Assembly (NCBI GenBank): GCA_964016885.1
Contig: OZ024762.1
Coordinates: forward strand, 12,090,001 to 12,154,000
From: Eledone cirrhosa
Lineage: Eukaryota
DNA length: 64,000 bases
Direction: 5' to 3'
Shown here: one piece after another, positions 1-13,150 of the stretch
How positions within the stretch are numbered: the first letter of the stretch is position 1
How the letters are laid out: every line of letters begins with the position of its first letter
Made by a program: the position numbers and the translations under genes
The notes under the pieces: model-generated
Told to the model about the DNA's origin: nothing
Databases searched by the model: none
What the model saw: only the letters and a program-made list of their open reading frames with translations

Positions 1-73
1 CCCTTCTCACGACCATCGGCACTGTGTTGGCTACTCATAGTAGTGGAGACATCTGGGTCCTTGGCCCTAGGAC
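1..73 (+). mobile_element. CRE-like fragment (same family as 29240-29519)
   Basis: atagtagtggagacatctgggtccttggccct translates as IVVETSG followed, after a frameshift, by VLGP. Confidence 0.4.
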
Positions 74-96
74 TATATAATTATATATATATATAT

Positions 97-480
97 CATC
101 ATCATCATCATCATCATCATCAACGTTTAACGTCCGTGTTCCACGCTTGCATGGGTTTGGACGGGGGTAGTCCCACTTGAGGCAAGAGTGATTGTCTTGC
201 TCGCATAGGACTGTCTGGCAGGTTTTCTACAGTTGGATGCCCTTCCTAACACCAACCACATTTACAGTGTGGGTCTGGGAGGTTTTTACCGTGTTGCCTA
301 CACGGCCACATTTACAGCGTGGACTGTGTTTTTTTGTTGTGACACCTACACGATCTCATTTGTTTCGGCCTCGATGGCGCGGCACCAACATAACTTTACA
401 TAGAACGGGGTGGTGTGGATGGGGTGGGGGTGGTGGTGGTGGTGGGACGGGGTGTATTTTGTTAGAGATGCCTACTGACT
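97..480 (-). mobile_element. RTE LINE 3' UTR copy
   Basis: Nearly identical to 11878-12250, with (GAT)n tail. Confidence 0.88.
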
Positions 481-699
481 GTAGTAGGTTTTACTTTATA
501 TATATATATATATATATATACACATACATACACCTAATTAATTTGTATTTAAAGTTTACTAAAATACACCTTATCTTGCAGAACTGATTTTGGTATGAAC
601 TGCTTTGGAATATTTTCTATATTTCTAATAGTTGGCTAATTATTATTGATTTTATATATTGATACAAGGTCACCGATTTCTTGTGGTGGAAAAACTTAC

Positions 700-785
700 A
701 GTTGATTGAACGGAGTGTAGAGAATCTGTGTGTTGTTATTGAAGTAACTGAAACAGTTAGCTGTAGGCTGGCCCAGTTTACTGAT
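700..785 (-). other. Candidate 86-nt exon on minus strand
   Basis: Acceptor ttcctcttaccatgttctacacag| and donor |GTAAGT. Two frames are open, and no homologue was recognised. Confidence 0.3.
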
Positions 786-1053
786 CTGTGTAGAACATGG
801 TAAGAGGAACTACGTGTTCTTGTAAACAGCTACATCCTTGTGATGTGTTTAGAGTTAAAGAGGAAATGAATAAGATGGTGATTATAATAATGAAAATAAT
901 AATAATAATAGTAACAATAATAATGATTAAAATGATTGTGTACAGTGCTCGGGTGCACTACAACTCATCAAAGGTGTATGTATAGTACATAGAATAATGT
1001 ACAAATGTCAGGAAAGTGAACAGTGTATGAGTCATGATATACACACAGATACA

Positions 1054-1089
<36 letters not shown>

Positions 1090-1116
1090 ATTATATATAT
1101 AATTATATATATATAT

Positions 1117-1158
<42 letters not shown>

Positions 1159-1493
1159 CGAAGGAGTTGTTGTAAGGAACCAGATGGACCAAAACGCACC
1201 AGAGTACTCAATAGCCTTCGAAACGGCTTGTGCATGTATAGTACATAAAATATTGATTTCTAATATAGGTACAAGGCCAGCAATTTGGAGAGAGGGGAAA
1301 GTTGATTAAATCGATCCCAGTGCATTACTGGTACTTTATTTTATTGACTCAGTAAGGATGAAAGGCAAAGTAAACCTTGCTGGGATTTGAACTCAGAATG
1401 TAAAGAGAACAATACCTAAAAAAAGTGGCTGGTTACGGCCGGTTTGAACAGAAAGAGGTGAGAGAATTCTGACCAGATATAGCCAGTTTAATT

Positions 1494-2132
1494 CTTTACT
1501 ATTTACATTACTCTCTATATACTATTGTATTTTCACAGTAAAGGCTTTACCTCACATAATATCTCACATAACATTTACATTACTCTATATATGCTATTGT
1601 ATTTTCACAGTAAAGGCTTTACCTCACATAATATCTCACATAACATTTACATTACTCTATATATACTATTGTATTTTCCCAGTAAAGGCTTTACCTCACA
1701 TAATATCTCACATAACATTTAGATTACTCAATATATACTATTGTATTTTCACAGTAAAGACTTTACCTTACATAATATCTCACATACCATTTACATTACT
1801 CTATATATACTATTGTATTTTCACAGTAAAGGCTTTACCTCACATAATATCTCACATAACATTTACATTACTCTATATATACTATTATATTTTCACAGTA
1901 AAGACTTTACCTCACATAATACCTCACATAACATTTACATTACTCTATATATACTATTGTATTTTCACAGTAAAGACTTTACTTTACATAATATCGAATC
2001 TATGAGATTTTGATATTTATTTTGAAGACAATACCGTAACATCAGAATGAGTGGCCAGTTACGGCTGGTTTGAACAGAAAGAGGTGAGATAATTCTGGCT
2101 GGATATAGCTGGTTTAAATGTTAAAGGGTTAA
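1494..2132. repeat. MITE C with internal ~71-bp tandem expansion (similar arrays at 4345-4885, 28960-29233, 47428-47836, 48794-49330, 54656-54980)
   Basis: Unit catttacattactctatatatactattgtattttcacagtaaaggctttacctcacataatatctcacataa. It is the source of the YFHSKGFTSHN pseudo-ORFs. Confidence 0.9.
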
Positions 2133-2631
2133 GGTATTGTTATCAAAATAAATAATATTAAAATCTCAGGGATATTATGTGAGGTAAAGCCTTTACTGTG
2201 AAAATACAATAGTATATATAGAGTAATGTAAATGCTAAAGGGTTAAATCAACTTTATCCTCCCCCTATTATTTAGGACACCCCGAGAGTTCATGTCTCTC
2301 ACAAAGTCCACTATAGTTTGTTATATTTGTGTATATTTTATTCATAAATAATACTGAAGTGTGTTGAGAGTATGTATGGCCTAACCTTGTGTTTCTCAGA
2401 TCAATTGTGTGTCAGTTGGTCGTATAATTATATAGTTTACTCACATGGTGTCAATGTCCTTGTTGTTTTCTAGATTCTTTTAAAACTTTACTTTCTATTG
2501 AACAACAAACTATTGAATAGGGTGGTGGATTGGCAGTATCGGTAGAGGGTCGGACGCCATCATTTCGAGCATAGTTACGTCCCTTTACGGTCTGAGTTCA
2601 AATCCCGCCGAGGTAAGCTTTGCCTTTCGTC

Positions 2632-2831
2632 NNNNNNNNNNNNNNNNNNNNNNNNNNNNNNNNNNNNNNNNNNNNNNNNNNNNNNNNNNNNNNNNNNNNN
2701 NNNNNNNNNNNNNNNNNNNNNNNNNNNNNNNNNNNNNNNNNNNNNNNNNNNNNNNNNNNNNNNNNNNNNNNNNNNNNNNNNNNNNNNNNNNNNNNNNNNN
2801 NNNNNNNNNNNNNNNNNNNNNNNNNNNNNNN
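2632..2831. other. Assembly gap (200 N), followed by ~680 bp of (TA)n
   Basis: Run of N. Confidence 1.
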
Positions 2832-2842
2832 TATAATAATAT

Positions 2843-2915
<73 letters not shown>

Positions 2916-2936
2916 ATATATATATATATAATATAT

Positions 2937-2978
<42 letters not shown>

Positions 2979-3000
2979 ATATATATAATATATATATATA

Positions 3001-3049
<49 letters not shown>

Positions 3050-3056
3050 TAATATA

Positions 3057-3230
<174 letters not shown>

Positions 3231-3237
3231 TAATATA

Positions 3238-3513
<276 letters not shown>

Positions 3514-3830
3514 ATATGTGTGTTGAACCAAACTGATTGTGCAATAGACATTACACATTTCTTTGAAAATGCATGAAAATGGCTAATTAGAGTTTCATTG
3601 ATTTTTAACATGTATTTTTTGTTTAGTCATATATATACACATGTGTATATATATATGTGTATATATATATATATATATATACATACATATACATGTGTAT
3701 GTGGCTTGAGTGATATTTTGGATCGTCATGTATGAAATTTGTAGAAAAAAAAACAATTTCATATGCCTCACTACAAATTTCAAACTTGACAAACCCATAT
3801 ATATACACATATATATATATGTGTGTGTGT

Positions 3831-3921
<91 letters not shown>

Positions 3922-5408
3922 TATATAAAATGTCTGACTTACTGTAGTCATTTTGGAATAGCATTTAGAAAAAAACATGTTTTAGGAATATTTAATTTAG
4001 TAGATTTAAAAATACTGTGTAAAAATAACAGATTTCATATTTTAACCTTAGTTTCTCCTCTCAAATGTTTTGTGACTGTCTCCCCCATTTCTTTTCAGGG
4101 ATATATTTCAGTAACCCCTTCCCCCATCCACCCATCATATTGCAAAGGTAATGAAAAATAACTCTCTGAAAATTAAATTAGAATGTGGTTTATTTATATT
4201 TTATTAAAGCATTTATTAACCCCTTAGCATTTAAACCGGCCGAATCCAGCCAGAATTCTCTCACCTCTTTCAGTTCACACTGGCTGGAACCAGGTTATGG
4301 CATTGTTCTCAAAATAAATAACATCAAAATCTCATAGATTCCATATTATGTTAGATAAAGTCTTTACCGTGAAAATACAATAGTATATATAGAGTAATGT
4401 AAATGTTATGTGAGGTAAAGCCTTTACTGTGAAAATACAATAGTATATATAGAATAATGTAAATGTTATGTGAGATATTATGTGAGGTAAAGCCTTTACC
4501 GTGAAAATACAATAGTATATATAGAGTAATGTAAATGTTATGTGAGGTAAAGCCTTTACTGTGGAAATACAATAGTATATATAGAGTAATATAAATGTTA
4601 TGTGAGGTAAAGCCTTTACTGTGAAAATACAATATTATATATAGAGTAATATAAATGTTATGTGAGATATTATGCGAGGTAAAGCCTTTACTGTGAAAAT
4701 ACAATAGTATATATAGAGTAATGTAAATGTTATTCAGGTATTATGTGAGGTAAAGCCTTTACTGTGAAAATGCAATAGTATATATAGAGTAATGTAAATG
4801 TTATGTGAGGTATTATGTGAGATAAAGCCTTTACTGTGAAAATGCAATAGTATATATAGAGTAATGTAAATGTTATGTGAGGTAAAGTAGCAGCTCTACC
4901 TGGATTGACTCTCTGATCTCTGAACTACAAATCTGTTCAATGATTCTTTATTGAGACATTCTAACCACATATCGGAGTTGTGATCTCTCAATTCAGAGAA
5001 GAAGCAGCTCTACCTGGAATGACTCTTTAATCTTCGAGCTACATACTTTATGGGATAGACATAACTATTAAATTACCATCAATCTTGAAAAAATTAATCA
5101 GTAAATCAATCGACATTGCCGGTTTGTTTTGCCCATAAAAAACTCTTTCTTCCCAAAATATTTAATATTTTCTTCTCTGTTATTTTCTGATGTTTTTAAT
5201 AATTATATTTAATAATTTTAATAATTAACTAATTTTAACCATTTTTTGTGTTTTTAGTGGTTCACAATGGAGTTGGTGGTATGTGGTTGTGTTTGGAATT
5301 ACACCCTGACTGAAAAATATAGTTTATTAATATCGTAAGTTGATATATCTATTTTTATCTCTTTATCAAAAAAAAAAAAAAAAACACCTGACCCCCCCCC
5401 CCCCCCCC

Positions 5409-5450
<42 letters not shown>

Positions 5451-5641
5451 CAGTTTTGATCTAGATGTCAAAACAATTGGAGCTCAGCCGTTGGGGTCCT
5501 GAATCTTTTCCTATATATATATATATATGGAAGTAGTTCCACACCAGTTAATTCAGCATAAGGTGAAACATTTGTTCTCGGTATGGTGAACTAACTGTTG
5601 CGGAACTACTTCTACCAAACTCGTCCCATGGACTGAGTGCT

Positions 5642-5672
<31 letters not shown>

Positions 5673-5907
5673 GGATATAACCCCCCAGTGTTTTACTATT
5701 ATATATATACACACAAACACAAAGTGAGCCAAAAGTCACATTAATAAAACATTACAAATTAACTCCAAACTAATTTTTCTAGGAGGGTGTATTTTTCCAA
5801 AATTTGATCTTGTTTTTATTCAAATTTAACTGAAAGAAAAAAATATATATATTTTGATAATAAAGAAAATTATGAATTTTTTTTTAATAGGAAGTGACTT
5901 ATGACCC

Positions 5908-5968
<61 letters not shown>

Positions 5969-5971
<3 letters not shown>

Positions 5972-6156
5972 AAAAAGAAGTTGAAAATGCAATTGGTGTG
6001 TTTAAAAAGGTTTATTTACAATAATTTAAAACTTTACTGGTTTCACAAGTTTCATGGTTTTCAAAAGTTAGAGATGGAGAGATGTGTGGCTATGCCAACT
6101 TGTAACTATTTTTCCTATATTTATATGTGGAATATATTAAATAAAAACCTTTACTT

Positions 6157-6160
<4 letters not shown>
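5969..6160 (-). mobile_element. Diverged copy of the U3:A8-hammerhead-bearing element, inserted in (TA)n
   Basis: Aligns by eye to 43206-43320 (ggaaaa..gaaaatgcaa..tttac.ggtttcaca..tcaaaagt..agatggag). Confidence 0.6.
6030..6069 (-). ncRNA. Minimal type I hammerhead-like motif, U3:A8 core variant
   Basis: Minus strand reads aactt-TTGAAAA-ccatgaaacttgt-GAAA-ccag-TA-aagtt. It sits in a diverged copy of the element at 43206-44035. Confidence 0.55.
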
Positions 6161-6193
<33 letters not shown>

Positions 6194-6233
6194 CTGAGGT
6201 GTTGGTATACAACCGACATATACTCAAAATCTC

Positions 6234-6262
<29 letters not shown>

Positions 6263-6264
<2 letters not shown>

Positions 6265-6543
6265 CATCATCATATGTCCGGTTTTCCCTGCTTGCAAGGG
6301 TAGGATGGGTCCTATTCAGCACAGCATCTCTCCATTCGTCACAGTCCTTCGTCATCTCCTCGGTGAGTCTCAGCGATCTGAGGTCAGCTCTCACCACTTC
6401 CACCCATGTTTTTCGTGGTCTTCTTCTACTGAATCTTCCTTCTACTGGGATTTCTTGGCACTTCTTTACCCAACGGTCATCCTCCATGCGCATCACATGT
6501 CCATACCAACGGAGTCCTCTCTCCTGCACACTACAGGAGGGAA
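6263..6543 (-). mobile_element. RTE LINE 3' fragment (second family)
   Basis: ERGLRWYGHVMRMEDDRWVKKC...RPRKTWVEVVRADL plus (GAT)n tail. Confidence 0.88.
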
Positions 6544-6606
6544 GACATATATATATATATATATATATAATATATAAGATCAAAAGATGGTTAAAAGAGT
6601 TCCATG

Positions 6607-6677
6607 TATTTTATTATGCGCATTTCAAAAACAAATATCATCATGCAATAACATTTGCGTTTTCGTCAGATAAAATA
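6607..6677 (-). ncRNA. Type I hammerhead ribozyme (Penelope-like element associated)
   Basis: Minus strand reads tattttat-CTGACGA-aaacgcaaatgttat(tgcatg)atgatatttgttttt-GAAA-tgcgca-TA-ataaaata. This gives an 8-bp stem I, a long stem II, a palindromic stem III (atgcgcat) and an AUA cleavage triplet. Confidence 0.85.
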
Positions 6678-6799
6678 GGGAGACATGATATAAAGGTTAA
6701 AACACACTTGTGAATAGTGCAGTTTTAAATCAACATATTATACTACAATAAATCAACATATTGTACTACAATAAAACTCACCTCCTACATATATATATT

Positions 6800-7132
6800 A
6801 TCATTATCATTATCATCATTTTACATCCACTTTTCCCTGCTTGCAAGGGTGGGACGGGAACTGATTCTGGCTTGATTTCTACAGCTGGATGCCCTTCCTA
6901 ACACCTCATTTACAGTGAGTGCTGGGTGCTTTTTTGCCGTGGCACCTCCACAACCACTTTGCAGTGGAATGATAGGGACCCCAGTCCCTATCATCTCATT
7001 TCTACAGCTGAGTAAACTGGAGCAATGTGAAATAAAGTGTCTTGCTCAAGGAAACAACACATCACCCAGTCTGAGAATTGAACTCACAACCTTTCGATTG
7101 CAAGACCAATGCTCTAACCACTGAGCCATGTG

Positions 7133-7136
<4 letters not shown>
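6800..7136 (-). mobile_element. tRNA-derived SINE family A (CORE-like middle, RTE-like tail)
   Basis: Head ggcacatggctcagtggttagag...gagttcaattct (Pol III A/B boxes), then ccttgagcaagacactt, with a 3' end shared with the RTE at 6263-6305. Confidence 0.8.
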
Positions 7137-7207
<71 letters not shown>

Positions 7208-7569
7208 TATTGTTATGTATTTATGTAGAATGTCTTGCTAACATGGTTTCATATGGTTTGTTAATTCAAATGTTTATAGTATCTTTACTGGTTGCTAGAT
7301 TGTTATGAAAATTTGCAGTATTAGAGTAATTACTTTAATATTTAATGTGACAACAGTCATGGAGTTGTTTTGTACTTTTCAAGAATATCTTAATAATTGT
7401 TTCTAGTTTAGGCACAAGGCCAGCAATTATCTTAGTGCATTACTGGTACTTTATTTTATCGACCCCCTTGTAAGGATGAAAGGCAAAGCTAATCTTGGTA
7501 GGATTTGAACTCAGATTGTAAAGGGCCGTAACTTCATGCTGGAAAGCATGGTGTCCGATATATATATAT

Positions 7570-7622
<53 letters not shown>

Positions 7623-7636
7623 TATATATATACACG

Positions 7637-7680
<44 letters not shown>

Positions 7681-8328
7681 CACACACACACAAATACTGT
7701 TACCTCTTGCTGAGTGGGTCTCTCTCTCTCTCACTCCTCCCTCTCTCATTTTTACTGTTTTTCCTCTTTTTCCTGCTGAAAAAATCAAAGCTAAATTCTA
7801 TATAAATAAATATTTAATTCAACAGTTAATTAGAATTTTATTTAATTAACTTCACGTTTTACAAGTTTTATGTAAGTCTCTGTATCATCATCATCATCAT
7901 CATACCTCCATTTTCTCTGCTAGCGAAAGTTATATATATATATATATATATATGATTTGCTCCCGAAATGGTTTAAGCTTAGTCATCGAGGAAAGAATTC
8001 CTACAATAATAAATAAATTTATATATATACACATACACAGACACATACACACATATATATTTACGCATATATATATATACACACACACATACATTGAAAA
8101 TAAAACCAAACACTGCTAATTATAACTTCTTCACCTACAATTATCTGTTTTTGTATTTGAAAACGAATTACTTTATACTATATATATATAGAAGGAGTAG
8201 CATCTGAAACGTCAAGACCCTCTTCCTGCTATTTCAAGTGTTAAACTAATATATTCCTTCCATATACTGTACCGATCGTGTTGCTATTTCTGTTTACTTT
8301 TAATATATATATATATATATATACATAT

Positions 8329-8413
8329 GTACAAAGGGTGTCCCAAAAATGTATACACACTACAACAGCATTCTAATAAAAGTATGTATACATTTTTTGG
8401 GGACGCACTGTAT
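8329..8413. mobile_element. Short palindromic Tc1/mariner-type MITE (also 27276-27368, 44802-44872)
   Basis: agggtgtcccaaaaatgtatacac...gtatacattttttggggacgcactgta, TA-flanked, three copies in the window. Confidence 0.65.
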
Positions 8414-8462
8414 AATTATATTTATACTGGTTTCCATGTGTTTATGGTGCAGCCCTTCCCAA

Positions 8463-8522
<60 letters not shown>

Positions 8523-8775
8523 ATATACTCTTTTACTCTTTTACCTGTTCCAGCCATCCAGCTGAGGCCATGCTGGGGCACTGCCCTTCAGCAACAGAAG
8601 TCATGCCAAAACAGAGCATATAAAGAATACATGGTCATCTGGTGTGTTTAAATCTCAGACTCTCAGACATTAAATGACAATGATGATGATGATAGTCTCA
8701 CACACACACACACGTGTGTGAATTTACATACATAAATATATATCTATATATGCATATATTATATATATTACATAT

Positions 8776-8838
<63 letters not shown>

Positions 8839-9068
8839 CATCATCATCATCATCATCATCATCGTTTAACGTCCCTGTTCCACGCTTGCATGGGTTTGGA
8901 CGGGGGTTTTCCCACTTGAGGCAAGAGTGGTTGTCTTGCTCGCATAGGACTGTCTGGCGGGTTTTCTACAGCTGGATGCCCTTCCTAACACCAACCACAT
9001 TTACAGTGTGGGGCTGGGAGGTTTTTACCGTGTTGCCTACACGGCCACATTACAGCGTGGACTGTTTG
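8839..9068 (-). mobile_element. RTE LINE 3' UTR fragment
   Basis: Same family as 11878-12110. Confidence 0.85.
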
Positions 9069-9086
9069 CCGTATATATATATATAT

Positions 9087-9290
9087 GCAGAGGTTATATT
9101 TAATTTGTTGGGATTCAACAAGCGAATTTCAACCGTTGAGGTTATCTTTTTTCCGGGTATGTCAATATTTATTTATAAAACAAATCTGTATTTTATCTGA
9201 TGAAAGTGCACCATAATTTACTTTGGTCGCCCTTGAAATATGTATAATAAAATAAATATGGTTTTATAAATATAGTTTCCATTTATTAAT
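9087..9290 (+). mobile_element. Penelope-like element 3'/pseudo-LTR remnant
   Basis: TA-flanked fragment with LLGFNKR (similar to the PLE ORF C-terminal LLNKR motif) followed by a hammerhead. A homologous copy is at 26535-26695. Confidence 0.6.
9189..9254 (+). ncRNA. Type I hammerhead ribozyme in Penelope-like remnant
   Basis: tattttat-CTGATGA-aagtgcacca(taatttactt)tggtcgccctt-GAAA-tatgta-TA-ataaaata. Stem I is a perfect 8 bp; stem II is imperfect. Confidence 0.8.
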
Positions 9291-9335
9291 ATATTGTATA
9301 TCTATATCTATATATATATATATATATATCTATAA

Positions 9336-9582
9336 TCGTGTAGGTGTCACGACAAAAAAACACACAGTCCACGCTGTAATGTGGCCGTGTAGGCAACACG
9401 GTAAAAACCTCCCAGACCCACACTGTAAATGTGGTTGGTGTTAGGAAGGGCATCCAACTGTAGAAAACCTGCCAGACAGTCCTATGCGAGCAAGACAATC
9501 ACTCTTGCCTCAAGTGGGAAAACCCCCGTCCAAACCCATGCAAGCGTGGAACACGGATGTTAAACGTTGATGATGATGATGA
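9336..9582 (+). mobile_element. RTE LINE 3' UTR fragment, inverted relative to 8839-9068
   Basis: Reverse complement of the same 3' UTR, ending in (GAT)n. Confidence 0.85.
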
Positions 9583-9769
9583 TATATATATATATATATT
9601 ATATACATACTCATATATATATATATATTATATACATACACATATATATTATATATATTACATATATATATTACATATATCATATATATATATATTATAT
9701 ACATACACCTATATATATAAACATATAAATAAGCATATTATATATATGTATGCATGTATATGTGTGTGC

Positions 9770-9828
<59 letters not shown>

Positions 9829-11082
9829 TATACACACGTGTCTATATATATGTGTATATATATATATACATACATATACACGTGTGTGTGTATATATATA
9901 CACATATACACACGTGTGTGTGTTATTTGAATGATTGAGTTATGTAAATCTAATGGACGTATGTCTGTAATAAAATAAATTAGGCGAGAGATCTAATTAT
10001 CTATTATTTTAAAAAGCGATTTATTTTTATGGAATGGATGTCTAGTTAATATAACGCCTCTCTCTCTCTCTCTGTCTCTGTCTTTCCTCTCTCTCTCTCA
10101 GTCTTTCCTCTCTCTCTCTCTCTCTCTCTCTGTCAGTCTTTCCTCTCTCTCTCTTTCTCGGTCTTTCGTCTCTCTCTCTCTCTCTCAGTCTTTCCTCTCT
10201 CTCTCTTTCTCGGTCTTTCCTCTCTCTCTCTCTCTTTCAGTCTTTCCCCTCTCTCTCACTCTCTCAGTCTTTCCCCTCTCTCTCACTCTCTCAGTCTTTC
10301 CCCTCTCTCTCACTCTCTCAGTCTTTCCTCTCTCTCTCTTTCTCGGTCTTTCTTCTCTCTCTCTCTCTTTCAGTCTTTCCCCTCTCTCTCACTCTCTCAG
10401 ACTTTCCTCTCTCTCTCTCTCTCTCGGTCTTTCCTCTCTCTCTCTCTCTCTTTCTCAGTCTTTCCTCTCTCTATCTCTCAGATTTTCCTCCTCTCCATCT
10501 CTTTCTCTCTCTCTTAGTCTTTCCTCTCTTTCTCTCCGCTCTCTGTATTTCCCCTCTTTCTCTGTCCTGTCTCTCTCCTCTCTTTCTCTCCGCTCTCTGT
10601 ATTTCCTCTCTTTCTCTGTCCTGTCTCTCTCCTCTCTTTCTCTCCCTCTATCTCTGTCTCTCTCTCTCTCAGCCCGCCCTCCCCCTCTCTCTCTCCTACA
10701 AACCAGTCTACCGTCTACAGTTGTACAGTCTACTCTGTACAGTGTACAATGTCTAGTGTTGTGATGTTATAAGCTGCTCTACACTCTTTTACAGTCAAGC
10801 AAGAGATAGTGTAGTGAGCGATGCTTCTTCTCTGTGAGGGACTGTCTTGGTAGAGGAAGGTGCAGGCATTGGAAGGTGCAGGAGGAGGAGTAGATTGTGT
10901 GAGAGTAGCAGGTGGTGGTGGCAGAGGATGAATAGGGGTAATAGGAAGAGGTAGTGTTAGTGCTATGTATACATTATATATGTATATTTATATATATATA
11001 CATATTTAATGTATGCGCACACACACATACATATATATATATACATATATATATGTATATGTATATATATATATGTATATGT

Positions 11083-11138
<56 letters not shown>

Positions 11139-11507
11139 GTATATATATATACATATGTATATATTTATACATATATATATATATACATATATAATGTATG
11201 CACACACGCACACAAACATATGTGTGTGTATATATATATATATGTATACATACATATATATATACATATATATATATATGTATATGTATGTATATATGTA
11301 TACATATATATATATATATACATATATATATGTATATGTATGTATATATGTATACACATATATATATATATATACATCATCATCATCATCATCGTTTAAC
11401 GTCCATTTTCCATGCTAGCATGTACATATATATATACATATAATGTATGCACACACGCACACATACACAAAAATGTGTGTGTATATATATATATATATAT
11501 GTGTGTG

Positions 11508-11543
<36 letters not shown>

Positions 11544-11715
11544 TATATTGATTATGTATATATATATATATACACACACACACACAAGATGTTGGGTTAG
11601 GAGTATACAGTACAGTGATGTACTTAAGAGAGTACGAGAGGGGTGGAAGAGGTGGATGGGGGGAGGAGAGAAGTACTGTAAAGTGAATGTATGTGGTGGA
11701 GGGGGATAAACCTAC

Positions 11716-11794
11716 CTTTCAACTTATCAATGAATGAACGAAATCACTGACAATCAATAACAGGGTGAACTAAGGTGAGAGTTTTAACACGTTC
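11716..11794 (-). other. Candidate 79-nt exon of minus-strand transcript
   Basis: Acceptor tttttctaactag| and donor AAG|GTAGGT. It translates as ERVKTLTLVHPVIDCQ*FRSFIDKLK. Confidence 0.3.
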
Positions 11795-11877
11795 CTAGTT
11801 AGAAAAACTCCAGTTGAAATTCTGTCTTCATATAGACATAGATATACTTAAATATACAGCGATTTGAGTGTATATAT

Positions 11878-12709
11878 ATCATCATCATCATCATCATCAT
11901 CAACGTTTAACGTCCGTGTTCCACGCTTGCATGGGTTTGGACGGGGGTAGTCCCACTTGAGGCAAGAGTGATTGTCTTGCTCGCATAGGACTGTCTGGCA
12001 GGTTTTCTACAGTTGGATGCCCTTCCTAACACCAACCACATTTACAGTGTGGGTCTGGGAGGTTTTTACCGTGTTGCCTACACGGCCACATTACAGCGTG
12101 GACTGTGTGTTTTTTTGTCGTGACACCTACACGATCTCATTTGTTTCGGCCTGGATGGCGCGGCACCAACATAACTTTACATAGAACGGGGTGGTGTGGA
12201 TGGGGTGGGGGTGGTGGCGGGACGGGGTGTAGTTTGTTAGAGATGCCTACTGGCAAGGCGGGTCTTCTCTGTTACTGAGTACCGCCAAAGGTCACGGTCC
12301 AGTGACATTGTCTTGGAGAGGTGTAAGTGTGTGAGGTCGGAGTTTATCAGCTCATCCCATGTTTTTCTAGGTCTGCCTATTCCGTGGCTACCGTCTATCT
12401 TTATTGCCCTGCACTTTTTAATACAGCTATCGACTTTCATGCGCATCACATGTCCATACCAACGCAGCCTTCTCTCGAGTAAACAACATCTGATCCCTCT
12501 TATCTCTAATTTTTTCCTTAGTTCGTTTATGCTTTGCCGTTCACGTATATTACTGTTACACATCCAGCGGAGCATGCAAGCTTCGTTCCTCTCTAGTCTG
12601 CGTATATCCTCTGCACACAATGCCCAGGTCTCACTACCATGCAACATTGCTGTTCGTATGCAGGCATCGTACAACCTGCCTTTCATTTTTAGGGAGAACC
12701 CTTTAGCAG

Positions 12710-12710
<1 letters not shown>
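11878..12710 (-). mobile_element. 5'-truncated RTE-clade LINE (ORF C-terminus + 3' UTR + (GAT)n tail)
   Basis: ORF 12237-12686: KGRLYDACIRTAMLHGSETW...LRWMC...RRLRWYGHVMR...GRPRKTWDE, the typical RTE C-terminal region. Confidence 0.92.
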
Positions 12711-12746
<36 letters not shown>

Positions 12747-12775
12747 TAGATATACTTATATATACAGCGATTTGA

Positions 12776-12810
<35 letters not shown>

Positions 12811-12839
12811 TAGATATACTTAAATATACAGCGATTTGA

Positions 12840-12884
<45 letters not shown>

Positions 12885-12913
12885 TAGATATACTTATATA
12901 TACAGCGATTTGA

Positions 12914-12950
<37 letters not shown>

Positions 12951-13150
12951 TAGATATACTTAAATATACAGCGATTTGAGTGTATATATATATATATAGA
13001 CATAGATATACTTAAATATACAGCGATTTGAGTGTATATATATATATATATAGACATAGATATACTTATATATACAGTGATTTGAGTATATATATATAGA
13101 GAGAGAGAGACATAGATATACTTATATATACACCGATTTGAGTGTATTTA
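12711..13150. repeat. Compound repeat: gacatagatatacttaaatatacagcgatttgagtg + (TA)n; one unit also at 11834-11877, so the RTE inserted into this array
   Basis: Units occur on both sides of the LINE at 11878-12710. Confidence 0.85.
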
